A stretch of DNA of 64,000 nt. It comes from Chara braunii (lineage: Eukaryota; Plantae; Charophyceae). How positions within the stretch are numbered: the first letter of the stretch is position 1; the number at the start of each line of letters is the position of its first letter. The position numbers and the translations under genes are program-made. Positions 11,100 to 24,856 of this stretch are shown piece by piece. The notes beneath the pieces were generated by a model. It made no database searches and was not told where the DNA came from. It saw only the letters and a list, made by a program, of their open reading frames with translations. The DNA lies in contig BFEA01000037.1 in NCBI GenBank assembly GCA_003427395.1, positions 1,591,821 to 1,655,820 on the forward strand, in the 5' to 3' direction.

Positions 11100-14000
11100 T
11101 TGACGCGTTGGGCTGATATGAAGCAAGAACGCGCGCAAGGGAAGACGAAGTTGATCTTCTTCAAACTCTACATTAATGGTCGTTACATCCGTGCGTTGGC
11201 TGATTGTGGTGCAACCGCCAACTACTTCTCACCGCACGGCATTCGTAAGGCACGCTCGATTTTTCGAAGTCTTGGCCGAACCGCATGGAGTTCCCGTGCA
11301 TCCGGTCCGACACAAAATCGAGTTGATTGAAGGTAGCACTCCTCCAAAAGGTTGTGTCTATCGAATGGGCTCAGGCGAATTGGAGGAGTTGCGGAGGCAA
11401 ATTGATGACATGATTGGGAAGGGATGGATCAAGCCAAACGAGTCTGAGTTCGGTGCACCGGTCCTGTTTGTCCCAAAGAAAGGAGGCAAACTACGGATGT
11501 GTATTGATGACCGCGGATTGAACCGAATCACAAGAAAGAATGCATATCCTTTGCCACGTATCGATGATTTGCTTGATGTTGCAAGTGGATGCAAGGTCTT
11601 CAGCAAGATCGATCTCAAGTCTGGCTACCACCAGATTGAAGTCGATCCTGCAGACCAGCATAAAACTGCATTGAAAACTCGCGATGGGTTGTAGGAGTTT
11701 ACAGTCATGCCCTTCGGTCTCACGAATGCGCCAGCCACCTTTCAAAGTCTCATGGATAAGGTATTTCGCAATCAGATTAACCGATTTGTTGTTGTATATC
11801 TGAATGACATACTAATCTTCAACAAATCGATGGAGAAGCACATGAGACACCTTGAGGAAGTGATGCAGATCCTCAAGGACGCGCACCTCCATCTCAACTT
11901 GGAGAAATCTTAGTTTGGGAGGGACAGCGTCATCTACCTTGGACATCGGTTGTCTGCTGCAGGCCTAGAGCCCGAGGCAACCAAAGTTGAGGTCATCCGA
12001 AAATGGCCTCAACCTGCGAATGTCTGCGAGTTCCGTTCTTTTCTTGGTCTTGCGTCATACTACCGTAAGTTTGTGCCCAAATTCTCTATCATCGCCCGTC
12101 CGCTGTCTAGACTAACAAGCAAGAATGTGTCCTACACATGGAATGAGGAATGCACGACAGCCTTCGAAGCATTGAAAGAGGCTTTGGTGAGTCATCCGGT
12201 GCTCCGCATTGCAGATCCCAAGCTTACGTTCGTAGTAACTACGGATGCAAGTTTGTATGGGATTGGTGCAGTGCTGCAACAAGATGACGGCGACGGCTTA
12301 CGTCCGCTAGAATTCTACAGCAAACGTATGCCCAGTTACAAGGTAGCTGCCTCCACTTACATGCGAGAACTCTATGCCTTGAGAGAGGCACTAGACCATT
12401 GGAAGCACTACCTCTTGGGTCGCCATTTCAAAGTGTTCTCAGACCACGAGACCTTGAAATGGATTCAGACACAGAACAATCCCTCAACGACACTGACCCG
12501 CTGGCTGCATGAGATTGTTGTGTATGACTTTGAATTTAGACACAAGAAAGGTTGTTACAACCATGTAGCGAATGCTTTGTCTCGCCACCCTGAGTACATG
12601 ACTTGCCTTGTGGGTTCCTATGATCTCCGTAAAAGCCTGAAGGAGGAACTTATTGAGCATACTACCAAGGATCCGGAACTCAGTTCCATCCTTAAGCAGA
12701 TTCGGGCTGACCCTAGCAGTCAGCCTGATTTCCATGAATGTAAGGGCCTTTTCTTCCGACGCTACGGGAAGCATGACCGATTGTGTGTGCCCAACCATGA
12801 GCCGATCATGACCCACTTCTTGGATTTGGCTCATGGTCGGAGTGGACACTTCGGTGTCGAGAAGACATACGGAAATCTGTGCAAAAGTTTGTGTGGCCTG
12901 GAATGAAAAGAATGGCACAAAGGTCTGTGGCTGAGTGTGAAGTCTGCCAACACATCAAACCGTCTCGGCAGAAGCCCTATGGGCTGCCGCACCCTCTTCC
13001 TATTCCTGATGGTCTGGGTGAGTCGGTTTCCATTGACTTCACGGACATGGGAAAGAAGAGCAGAAACGGTTATTCACAAGTAATGGTGATCGTCGATCGG
13101 TTTTTCCAAATTTATGAATTTAATCCCATTACCACCTCACGCCCCAACAAACTTTGTGATCGAAGAATTTAACAAGAGGTACATCCTGCATTATGGTCCC
13201 CCGAAGACTCTTGTGAGTGATCAGGATACCAGATTCATAAGTGCAGATTGGAAAGACTTCACCTCCCAGACCTACGACATGAAACTCAAGGTGACGTCTG
13301 GTCGACACCCCGAGGCCAATGGACTGGCTGAGGAAATCAACCAGACCGTGATCCAACTTCTCAGGGCTCTTATCGTGCCTGACCAGAACTCTTGGGATGC
13401 GGAGTTGCCGATTGTGCAGGGGTTGTACAACAACTCCATCCACTCCTCCATCGGGATGACGCCTAACCGGCTGCACCTCGGATGGAAAATTTGCAATCCT
13501 CTATCCTATCTGTTCTCGGAACAGCCACCTAGCCTAACACCTGGCCAGCCAGGCTACAGTGCTAAGTTCGATCGTTTGCTTAAAGTCGTTGTTGCAGTTA
13601 TGGAGAGGCGACGTAGTGCTATGATTAAGCATGCAAACAAAAAGCGCCAGCCTGACCCCTTCACCGTGGGAAGTTATGTCTGGGTCAAGATGTCTGAGTT
13701 TTCTTAAGAGGAAGGCGTATCACGGAAACTTCTTCCTCAGTACTACGGTCCCTGGAAGGAGCTGAACCGAGTAGGTAATAATTCCTTCGGTCCTTCCTAC
13801 ACGAATGATGTGCCTGCTCATCTGCGCACATACCCAGTCTTTCACGCATCAAAGTTATTTCCATATGAGCCACCTGAGGCGTTCAAGTATCGAGAATCGA
13901 TGATTCCCCGCACAATTAATGGCGGCCACGAGGTTGATAGAATCATCGAGCACAGTGGAAAAGGGAGAAATAGACAGTATAAAGTACATTTTTTGTACCA

Positions 14001-14193
14001 TCCACTGAATGACTTCTACTGGATTGCTAAGAAGGACTTACTGCAGAGTGCACCTCGCGTCGTTAACGCCTATGAACAATTGATAAACTCTGACCAGCAA
14101 CCAAAATTCACTGCTACCCTAACTCCTACGGAACACACCCGATCTCTTTTTGCTATCTACGCCTACGATGCATTATGCAAGGACTCTGATTGA
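11100..14193 (+). pseudogene. pol: pol of B: protease (partly deleted), RT, RNase H, integrase, chromodomain
   Basis: LADCGAT; [29 protein letters not shown]; TDAS...RELYA...DHETL; HHCC and SIDF; YPVFHASKL; HEVDRIIEH...YKVHF...WIAKKDL. Confidence 0.95.
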
Positions 14194-14234
14194 GTTACTC
14201 GCTCGAAGGGACCTCGCTCTTCAGGGGGGGGAAG

Positions 14235-15609
14235 TGTAATGACCCGTCAAAACACAGACTGAGAACACTGGTGATTTCTGAAGTTCTGCCGATGGAATGG
14301 ATGCCTTGCTGAGATTCCCGCATTCTGCTGTGCTTTCTAAGTCTGTCTGTGTGTGCGTATTTGTGACCTGCGTGCCTATCTGGGTGCTTGTCGGTATGAG
14401 TGTGTGTGTGACCCGCAAGGGTACTTGCTTGTTTGGCAGGCCCATAGGGCCGGTACTCACCTGTGGCCGTGGCATTGAGGGTTGTAGCAGGGAAAAACAC
14501 TCAAGTGGCGAAGATAGCGGCCTCGCGGCCCTTGGGGTAGCGGAAAAACACTCAAGTGGGTCGGTAGGCCGATACTGCACCCCACTGCAGTTAGCGTGAG
14601 GGGGTACTAGAGGCCGAGCTGAAGAAGACAAAGTCGGCATTTTTAAAGTCCAGTAGTGGTAGGGTAGGTCTAGGCCCGTACCAGTCCAACCAGTCTAAGT
14701 CTAGAGCCTGTACGGGCAATATCAGGGTCTGCAATGATGTTTCCCTCCGAAACAGAGGAAGTACCGGTTGCTTGGGGAGGCCGAGCGGCCTGGAAGTCAC
14801 CGCCCAGGAGGCAAGTAGGCCGCTATATCAAGAGGCCGGGCGGAGAGCCCAACCTCATTCTTCAGTGTGCAAGTTTGGCGACACGCTGCTGGAGCGCTGG
14901 CTGGAGTAGCGCTGGGTACTACAGCGCTACTGGGAGGAAGAAGTCGGGAGCTTCCACCTTGGCTATGGTGGAGCTCTACCGGTAGGAGGAGGAGGGAGAA
15001 GGGGACCAAGGAGGAGAGTGGTAGGGTATTTACCTGGCTATGGCAGACACCATCTTCATCACCTTGCTAGGCGCTGCATCTGGAAGGCCCAGTGGGGGTA
15101 GCGCCGCATCAAAGAAGCTCGGGGCAGAGTCAGGCATGGCGGTTGAGTGGGCAGCGGCATAGCTGCTTGGTGATGACCTTGAAGTGGGGCAGCAGCATAG
15201 CTGCTTTGGGTTGTCCTTTGCACAGGAGGCTGAAGCCTCAGTAGTCCTCCATAGCCTCGGCCTGTATGTAGAGCAAGAGGAAGGGTTGCCATGGCTATGG
15301 TGGACCTCATGTTATGCCTGCAGTAGAAGTGGGATTCGGACATTGATTCTGGTTCAGTCATTCAACATTATTATTGTCATTTCTTGTTTGAATAAGAGGG
15401 GAGGAGATAAGGAGGAAGGGATTGGTTGGCGAAGAAGAAGAGCCTTGACATTGGTCTATGTTGGAGTACATCATCATCTTCTTCTTTCTCACTTCTTTTT
15501 CTTCTTCTTTCCCTCTCTTTCCTCTCAAGTTCATTCATTTCTTCTTGCAATTGGATGGCATTGTACTTTCAAACGAATGTATACTTCGGAATTGGCCAGG
15601 ATCGTAACA
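14235..15609 (+). repeat. 3' LTR of B
   Basis: Follows the PPT; ends gtaaca before the TSD ctta. Confidence 0.95.
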
Positions 15610-16974
15610 CTTATTTAAAGATCCCTACCACCCTGACCTTACCTTTATCTCTTGGACCGTCTCAAGGGAAACCTTCCTCACCCCCACAATCCAGACACAT
15701 GTCTCCTCCCTCAACACCCAAGTCAACAGTCTCCCCACATCCCTCAGCTCCCTTTGACATGCAGCGGCCCAAGTTGACTCCTCCACCTATGTTCTCTGGG
15801 GAGGATCCTAAGGTGGATGTCTCTGATTGGGTAACCGCACAACGAACCTACCTGAGTGGGTTCAAGTGTGAAGAGGATGTGAAGGTGAGTGTCATCCTTG
15901 CTCGCCTGGAGAGGATTGCATTGAAATTGTGCACCTCTGGTAAGCAAGGTATGGAAATGTCTGACTGGGCGCAGAGGTTGGGGGTGGCTGGTTTTCTGCA
16001 GGCACTGCAAGACCGGTTTGCAGACAAGGAGCAGGCTAGGAAAGCAGCAGATAAAATTTTGCGCCTGGGCCAGAGAAAATTAGATGGCTCCTTGTCCAAA
16101 CTATACTCCACCTTCGAGAGTCTTACATCGACTCCTGGGTTGGAGATGAGTGAGGAGGATCTGCTCATTCATTTCCTAAGGGCAGCGCCTGAGCAATACC
16201 AGCTTGCATTGTTCTCCCAGGGCCACAAGGACTGGCGGTCCTTTGGCACAACAGCCCCGGACTTGGAATCCAAACTCCATGTTTAGGAAGCACCTTCTGA
16301 AGGAAGGAAGGGACCCTCCTCAAAGGGGCGAAGGAGGAAGGGTGCCCTGTTTGCTGCTGCAGCTTCAGGTTCAGATAGTGATATAGCATCCCAGGGTGGG
16401 ACTCCTCCACCTGGGAGTGCCTCGTCATCTGCTGCAGATTCTGCTGTTCTTGCCCTAGCTAATGCTTTGATGTGTCTGACTAAGGGCAAGGCCCCAGCCC
16501 AGAAAGCACCAACCAGCAGCAAGGGGAAAGGTAGGGACGTGCCTCTTGCCCTAGTGCCCAAAGAGTACCACTACCACATGACGTTTGTTGGCCAGCTGAC
16601 CCCCTTGATCCTTCCACCTTCCCCTGGCATGCACTTAGGATCCAAGAGGGGGTCTGGGGGAAGAGAAAGGACAAGGGTGGCTGCCTGAGGTGCAAGGGGG
16701 ACCACTTCTTAAAGGACTGTCCCAACATGCCTCGCAAGTCCACACAGAGAGAGGTGGAAGCAGCAACTCCTTCCACCAGTGCTGATTCACGTTCTGATGA
16801 AGGTGAGTCTTCACATTCTCTCGCTGGTTATTCTGTCTTTGGAGTTGCATCATCAGGGTCTTTCACTTTTGAAGACTCTGAGTTGGACGAGACATGGGAG
16901 GAGGAGGATGCTCAGTGCCTAGCTGATCTCTTCGTGTCCTTGCAGGAGAAGAAAAGGCACAGGTCATAACTCAT

Positions 16975-19900
16975 TCTGCTTCAACCCTCTATCTCGGGAG
17001 CCAAGATCAAAGGGCTCTTAGACTGTGGAGCTACTCGCAACTTCATATCTCCCAAGGCAATCAGCAAGCTGCACCTGGATCAGAGATTAGTGAAATTGCG
17101 ACAGCCTATAGAGGTTCGGCGACTCTTCCACAGTCAGGATCACTACTGCTGTCAAGGGCCTACCTGTGACCTTTGACAAGTAGGGGGAAATGAGTCATCG
17201 CCTGAATTTCTATGTGTTCCCTAATGTTCCCTTTGACCTTGTGTTCTCTATGCAGTGGCTTGGTGCCACCAATCCTAGGATCGACTGGCGGATTCCTAGG
17301 GTTGAGCTACCTGATCGCAATGGGGTCTATCATCCTTGCTTACTTGAGGATGAGTATCATCCGACCAGCAGTTGTTATTGCATGAGTGCTCACAAGTTTA
17401 TGCGATTTTCATGCCAGATTGACCACACCCGTCTGTTCGTGGCTTATGTCAAACATGATGTGTAGACTGCTCCCTGTCCCTCTCAGATTCAGCAGGTTGT
17501 TGACCGATTCTCAGATCTTATGGAGGAGCCTATTGGACTTGTCCATAGGCAGACCAAACATAAGATTGAGATCCTGCCTGGTTCGGTCCCTCCCAAGGGC
17601 CGAGTCTACAAGATGTCACCTGCTGAACTTGATGAGCTCAGGAAACAGTTGGAGACCCTGACCAGCAAGGGCTGGATCACACCCATCACATCTGAGTTTG
17701 GGGCACCAGTCCTCTTTGTTCCAAAGGTGAATGGTGAGTTCAGGATGTGCGTGGACTAAGAGGTCTCAATAAAATCGCGAGGAAGTCCACAAAGCCTCTT
17801 CCTTGCATTGATGATCTGTTGGACATGGTGCAGGGGTGTACCATTTTTAGCAAGATCGATCTCAAATCTGGGTATCACCAGATTGAGATGGCTGAAGGCG
17901 ATGTCCACAAGACAGCCTTCAAGACCAGGTATGGCACTTATGAGTACCTAGTCATGCCCTTCGGTCTTTGCAATGCCCCAGGCACCTTCCAGATAGAGAT
18001 GCATCGCATACTCAGGCCGTACTTGGACAGATTTGTAGTTGTCTACTTGGATGATATCCCGGTATTCAGTCGATCTGCCCAGGAGCATGCACAACATCTG
18101 GCTCTGGTCCTCCAGGCCTTACGTGATAACCAGTATAAGATCAACAATGAGAAATCCTCTTTGGGGGTTCACTCTGTGATCTATCTGGGTCATGTCATTT
18201 CTAGAGAGGGGTTGGCTCCTGAAGCAACGAAAGTTGCTGCAGTTTAGGACTGGCCGCGACCTACTAACATTCGCGACGTCTGGTTATTCTTGGGGCTTGC
18301 ATCTTGTTATAAGAAGTTCATCCATAACTTCTCTTCTATCACAGCTCCCTTGATTGATCTCACAAAGAAAGACACTTCCTTCCTGTGGATATCAGAATGT
18401 CAGGAGGCTTTCACACGTCTCAAGGAGGCCTTGATTCGTGCCCCTGTTTTGAAGTGGCAGGCACTTCAAGATCTTCTCAGATCACTCCACCCTGCAGTGG
18501 ATGAAGTCCCAGGGAGAGTTGAATGACAAGCTTACTCGCTACATTTAGTTCATCGACATGTTTGACTTGGAACTGAAGCACAAGAAGGGCTGCTACAATA
18601 GAGTAGTAGATGCCCTTTCTCGTAGGCCTGACGCTCTCTTTCTGATCTCCTTTACTCACTCATTTGGAAAGAGGACTCGACAGACCATTGCCCGGTTGCT
18701 GCCCCAGGATGCGGTTTTTGGGCTTATAGTGAGGAACCTCCAGGATGATCCTGCATCTGAACCAGGATATACTCTGGTTTCGTACCTGTTGTATACTTGC
18801 AGCAGAGGCGAGGAACGCCTGGGATTCCCCAGGACCGCAAGCTGAGAACACTTCTGATGTCAGAGTGTCATGATGCTCGTGGTCACTCTGGAGCCCTCAA
18901 ATCGTATGCAGCCCTGTCGCAACGCTTTTTTTGGAAGGAGATGAGGAGTGGCATGCTACACTATGTGGAAACCTGTGAGTTATGCCAAAGGAACAAGGTA
19001 GTACGACGACCTCCCCTTGGCTTACTCAAACCACTACCCATCCCTGAAGCACCTACACAGTCAGTGTCTATTGACTTTACTGACTTGGGTAGGACCACAA
19101 CTCGTGGTATGCGCGGGTTATGGTATGCGTGGATCGGTTCTCCAAATATGCAGAGTTCATCCCCTTACCAACCGAGGCTCGCGTTCCGACCGTTCAGGCG
19201 GTATTTGCTGACAGGTGGGTTACACATCATGGACCACCCACCTCTATAGTCAGTGACTGAGATCCCAAGTTTTGCAACAATGAATGGCAACCCTTACCTC
19301 CATTCTCGCCTGGATATGACATCCGGTCGTCATCCTGAAGCCAATGGTCAGGTTGAAGTGATGACCAGATTCTATTTCAGCTGCTGCGTCTTGTGATCAG
19401 TCTAGATCAGTAGGACTGGGATCTTCATTTGGGTCGTGCACAACTTGTGTATAACACTTATGTACACTCCTCTACAGGCTTTACACCCTATCGGTTGCAC
19501 TAGGGTCATGAGCCATAGCAGCCTCTCGATGACATCATCGATAAGGCTACCCCTACGTTGACACTTGGGACTGCAGAGTTCACCAGGCGTTATCGTATGG
19601 ACAAAGAGCGCGCCCGTGCTAACCTGCTGAAAGCCCAAAAGGCTATGATTCAGCAGGCAAATAAGCATAGACATCCTTCGACTATTCGCACAGGTGACTG
19701 GGTGTGGGTACTCAGTTTTGAGTCGTCACGAGAGGAGGACATTTCACCTAAGCTGCTGCCAGAATACATGGGTCCATGGCAGGTCTTAGATACAGTGCGA
19801 GCTGATCCGTTTGGACCATCCTATACAGGGGATGTCCCTCTGCATCTACAAACCTACCCCGTCTTTCATGCATCTAAGCTGTTACCATTTACATCAGTTG

Positions 19901-20154
19901 ATGCATTCCCAGACAGGCCTCCTCAGTTTGGACCTCCAATCCTTGACAAGGGATATGACGTGGAGTCCATTGAGGATGAGTCAGGTACATGACCAGATAA
20001 GGAATACCTTGTGAAGTTTTGTTACCAGCCACACACTGAAGATCGCTGGTTTACTCGCAAGGAGCTTCTGAAGACCACAAAGTTTGTTGTCCTCAGATAC
20101 GAGGCAGCACAGAAGGGAGAACCCATTCGACGCTCTGCACGCCTACGCCCCTAG
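16975..20154 (+). pseudogene. pol: pol of A: protease, RT, RNase H (N-terminal part deleted near 18455), integrase, chromodomain
   Basis: LLDCGAT near 17015; MPFGLCNAPGTF, YLDD; ECHDARGH...CELC; YMGPW; YDVESIED...YLVKF...EDRWF. Confidence 0.95.
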
Positions 20155-20187
20155 CTCGGAGGTCCTCGCTCCGAGGGAGGGTAGGTC

Positions 20188-21329
20188 TGCAATGACTTGC
20201 TGGTTTCTGGTCGCCTGTAGCCTCTCTCTTGTCGAGGTTGTACCAATTTTAGGTCAGATTCATAATTTTGTGACGCTGAGGGCTAACCGAGAGACCTGGC
20301 TGTATGGAAATCCGGTAGGGACATATCTGCAAAATTGTGAAAATATAGGTCCGTACTAACTGGAGTTCCTTCAGCTACCCTAACTGCGAATAGCAGGCCC
20401 GGGCTACCCCTAGGATAGACAGGTCCTAAGGGCCCAAGCTGATAGACGGTCCTATAGCCTATAACCGGGTAGGGAGTGGCCCTAGAGGCCGAAACAGAAA
20501 ACAGTACCGGTCTTGTCAGTCGGTCCGGTCTAGGTCGAGTCTAGGCTAGTTTAGACTATAGATAGGATGGGCACATCGGTTCAGGGCTTTTGGCAGTTGG
20601 TACCGAGTACATCGCTGTTGTGCTACGCGTGAACCGGGAGTGGGGACGGCTCAACATGGAAGGAGACAAACATAGCCAGACCTTCGGAGCGCCGGCCATA
20701 GTTGGGACCTGCGCTGTACTCTGTCAGCACGTCGGGCTGTACAGAGGTCTAGGCTATTCGAGTTCTGCTGGAGGCGGGAGAAGTTGGTGCCTTGCTGGAT
20801 CCTCCTCCGGAGTGGGGTTCCAAGGTTGTGGCGCTGCAGCCAGAGTTGCAACATCTTCCTCAGAGGTCATCTTGTCAGGAGTGGTGGCGCTGCTGCAGAC
20901 TTCCACCCGGGAAGTCTTCCGACACTTCGTCATCATCAGACATTGTGGTGCTGGTCTTCTTCTTCATCCCCTGATTGGCGCTTGGCCTTAGAGGCCTGTT
21001 TCAGAGTGGCGCTGTCCTCAGGAGGCAGTACTTGGGTGGCGCTTGATGTTTCAGGGGCTCAGGGGTGTTACGAGTGGTTACTCGAGGTTGGGGAGTGAAG
21101 CATTGCTCACTGTTGAGCAGCGCACTGTAGTTCTAAGGTTATTCTGACAATTCGAGACTCTGAGTGTAACAAACAGTGTGATACTGGGTTTGGACTATCA
21201 TTGTTTCATTGTTTTCTGGATGTGGATACTCCTATCCTCTCCCCTTCCTTCTGTGTATGTATGGGCATACCTGGGAGTCTATGTGAGTGAGTGTTGGTCC
21301 TCAAACAACAGACAACCAGAATCATAACA
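20188..21329 (+). repeat. 3' LTR of A
   Basis: Direct repeat of 3963-5225. Confidence 0.95.
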
Positions 21330-23015
21330 CAGGAGTACACAAAATTTATAGCAAAACCCTTTTCCTCGGGACAACCGTTCCACCTCTAATCCACCGTCCT
21401 GCTTGTTCCCATCCAAGACTCGAAAGTCAACCTTCACCCTTGGCTGAAACGGTTTTCACCTATTGCAGTAGCAAATGCAGTACCCAGTTCTTGATCCCTA
21501 GACCTCCCCTTCACCCATGCACGGCACTCGTTGACCCGTTTGTGTTTGAACCTGCGACTTGTGTTCTGAAAGTCGTATGTTCAGCTGTTCTATATAGTGC
21601 GGTCGTCGGGTCTTGAACCGTAGATCTGAGTTTTAGAGGTCTTAGTAGTAGCATAGGCCGTAGCTGCTACAGTTCCGAAAGGTCAAGTCAACGACCTTCT
21701 AGAAGTTGTAGGTTGACCCTTCGTAAGTCCTAGGAGTTGGTTCGCGTCTGAGTCAGCAGAGGGCAGTCCTAGCACAGTTAGCAAAGTGCAGTCCCGGTCC
21801 TACCTATCCTAGTCAGTGGTTCCCAGTCCCAGGTCGCACTTTGTCAAGTCATATCCTGTGGGACTGTGCATACCCCGGGTCCAGGGTCCAAGGGCAGACC
21901 AACGACGATCCGAAGTATAAATAAAGAGGCAGCGTCAAGCCATTCATTCATTCTGCCTGTGAGCCGTGCGGAACCGCTGTCTGAGCGTCTTGTGCTACAG
22001 AGGTCTGCAGGTGCCCAAAGAGGAAGAGGGCTAAGACGAGGAAGACTCGGCCATAGCCGCCAGTTAGTGGTAGGAGTTAGAAGACAGCCATAGTTGCCAG
22101 TTAGGAGGGTAGTGCGCGTGTGTGCAAAGTGTGTGTGTGGGGGGGGGGGGAACATCAAGGGTGATCCGTGAGTGAGTCAGTGTGTGTGCGAACAAGTTGC
22201 TGGAGGATACAGTTGATCGGGTGGGAATCTTTGTCTGGCGCTTTGCACCATAGCCGTTCAGGACAAGTTTGAATCTGAACTGTGTTTCTGGCCACGTGTT
22301 ATCTCTAAGCTTTGTGTGGGCGCTGTCGCGCCAGTGTGAACGTCATCTGTTCACATGCATGCTGAGTGTTGAAGAAGACAAGTCTGATTGCACTGGTATC
22401 AGAGCAGGTTCCCGCTGTCCCACTATTTCGATTGCCGCCATCCACGTCATTGAGGTGATCGCCATCGTCGTCGTCATCTTCGCTGACCGGCGCCAAGGAG
22501 AGGAGGGTGCCACGTCAGCGTCGTCGTTGCGGCTGAAGAAAGAGGAGGAGGGGCGTTGTACGCCCAGATGCACGATGGGAAGTGGGCGCGCAGTTAGCGC
22601 GCGCGATCTTCTACAGATGGGGCGCGATCTTGGCAGCGACAAACAGAGAGGCGCGCTCGATAGCGGCAGCAGCGGCACTCGATTGCTGATGTGACGCGCG
22701 GCAGCAGCGGGGAATCGCGGCATGCGTAGGCGCGCACAATCGTTGAAGTCGTGTGCCACGAGGAGAAAGAGCGCTGCCGCTTGTGCACGCCCATCGCCGC
22801 TTGCACGCCGCTATTTTGCGTGCTAGTTGCAATCGCGAGCGATTCACGCCTTGTGGAAAGAGACGTCCGCCCGCCGAAGAGGAAGAACGTCGGGCCGAAG
22901 GGGGGGGATTGCCATCGTGAAGGAGGGCCGCTACGTTGAAGAAGACCACCAGGACCGCTGCGCCAAGATTGAAGTTGGGCGGCCATAGCCGCCGAACCTG
23001 CAAGAAGAAGACGAC

Positions 23016-23017
<2 letters not shown>

Positions 23018-23097
<80 letters not shown>
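23018..23097. repeat. (GA)n microsatellite in the leader of C
   Basis: Seen directly. Confidence 0.95.
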
Positions 23098-23098
<1 letters not shown>

Positions 23099-23782
23099 GA
23101 TTGGTTGTGCAGACGAAGAAGAAAGTGGCGGCCATAGCGGCCAAGCTCGGAACGAAGAAGACGAAGACAAAAGTGACAAAGAAGGAGAGAGAGAAGGAAG
23201 AGGAAGGAGAGACGAGGGCGAAGGAAGCCATGCCGAGGCTGAGCGAAGAAGAAGAGAAAAGGGGGGAAGAGAGAAAGGTTGGAGGAAAAGAAAGGTCGGC
23301 CGCCATAGCCGGGAGGTTGAAAAAGTCGGTGGAGTATGACCGGGCATTGACCAAGTTGACTGGACGCTGACCAAGTTTGACCGGGAGTTGACCAAGTTGA
23401 CCGGCCGCTGACCAGGTTTGACCCGCATTGACAGAAGGCGTTGACCAAGACTTTGACCAAGCTGGACTTGGTATAATCTCGCCAAGCCTTAAGCCTGCCC
23501 CCTTGCCCTGTGGATGTGCACATGCCTTGGTACTTGCTGAGTCAGTCTGTCTCTTCTTTCTACATTGAGTCACTTTTGTCCAGGTTGATAGGACTCTGTG
23601 CATGTGGTCGATAGAGTTGTGGTCACCAAACGTGCACGGGCTTAGTGGGGCTAAAGGCTATGTGTGACGACTGACACGTCCCGGGGACAAGACCTCCAAG
23701 GACGGTACAGACCGGCGGGCTGGTCGGTGTGGCATGGTAGGCCTGAAATCGGAGTTGTAGGGTGTGCATCCAGCTGTCTTAA

Positions 23783-24485
23783 ACCACCAGTACACCCGCA
23801 CCTAAAATCCCGATGCTACCTGCCCGCTGCGCGCCGCAATTTCCCGAGCCTTCTGCGTGAGGGTACCTGCAGTGGGAATTTCGAAATTGGCACCGGTGTC
23901 GGTGGTCTACCTGAAGGGGAAAAAAAAAAAAAAGGAACAAACATGCCAAAGATCAATGATGTCGTGGAAGGAGGTCATGGAGGCCATACTCAAATGATCA
24001 CTTTCCAGAATGCATCTGACCACTATTACGGGGAGAGGGAAACATTGCTGGTTTTTTTTTTTTCTCCTTTTGTTCTTTTCTTCCTTTCTTGCCAGCAAGG
24101 CAGCGCATATTCCTCGTGCTCAAAACGCCCTCGCTGAGGGCATACTCACACTAGCGCCGTTGAAATGCATCCGGCCACTTTCACGACCAAAGCTTTGTTG
24201 GCTTTTTTTTTTTTTTTCCTCTTTTTGTGTCTGATAGTCGTGCTCCCCGTGTTCCTTGTTTTGCCTAAGTGCCCTCACTGAGGGCAGATTCACACAGAGT
24301 ACTCCAAAAAGTGTATCCAACTGCAATCACGGCCAAAGCTTGTTTTGTTTTTTGGGACGTGGGGATTTGACATGGGCCCAATAATTCGAAAACCTTCTGA
24401 CGTTCCGACCCTGCCTCGAGCCCGCCTTTTACTTCTTGTGGCGACAAGCTATTTTGTTGCAAGGCTAAGGCCGTGTACTGGTGGT
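23783..24485. mobile_element. 703-bp non-autonomous TIR DNA transposon inserted at TTAA in the leader of C
   Basis: Perfect 13-bp TIR accaccagtacac / gtgtactggtggt; ttaa at 23779-23782 and 24486-24489; absent from the homologous leader of D (~37285). Confidence 0.9.
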
Positions 24486-24856
24486 TTAAGTGTTGAGAGG
24501 GCTCTGCTGATCACGTCGTCCTGACTGCGACCTTAAAGAATTCCTGAGGAGTTATGGGGGATCTCCTATGCCTCCTGATCAACAGTAGAGTCCTGTAGTG
24601 ACAGCCTTAGAGTAGGTTAGGCTAGAGACCATAGTTGACTGACTCTAATCCAGAGTGAAAGCCAGGTGGGATTGATCGCCGGATCTGGAAAGTTTTGGTG
24701 ACAGTGGTGGCAAAAGCTTCCATTGGTTGTGGTAACGTGGCTGGAACGAAGGAGAAGACTTTTGTGGTCCTTTAGAGAGTCGGTCAGTAGTCAGTCAGTT
24801 GGGGGGTTGAGTCTACGTGGTGAGGAGTGGAATCGTTCTGATTGTGCCTTATCACC

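Larger units (their letters stand above)
6840..15609 (+). mobile_element. Ty3/gypsy chromovirus-type LTR retrotransposon B nested in the gag of A
   Basis: LTRs 6840-7754 and 14235-15609 (TGTAA...TAACA); TSD ctta at 6836-6839 and 15610-15613; PBS tggtatcagagc 7756-7767; purine tract 14223-14234. Confidence 0.95.
6455..16969 (+). pseudogene. gag: gag of A (6455-6839 + 15614-~16969), split by B, with stops and frameshifts
   Basis: Removing B and one TSD copy gives in-frame LDQIFTY-LKIPTT. Capsid-like PPMFSGEDPKVDVSDW; zinc knuckle CLRCKGDHFLKDC at ~16683-16720. Confidence 0.85.
3963..21329 (+). mobile_element. Ty3/gypsy chromovirus-type LTR retrotransposon A (full length, decayed, contains B)
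   Basis: LTRs 3963-5225 and 20188-21329 (TGCAA...TAACA); TSD cagg at 3959-3962 and 21330-21333; primer-binding site (PBS) 5228-5239; polypurine tract (PPT) 20173-20185; domain order gag-PR-RT-RH-INT-chromo. Confidence 0.95.

Noticed and set aside
22594-23603. Long antisense ORFs with SLSL/ERER runs (also 36168-36957)
   Set aside because: By-products of stop-free (GA)n and GC-rich leader sequence.
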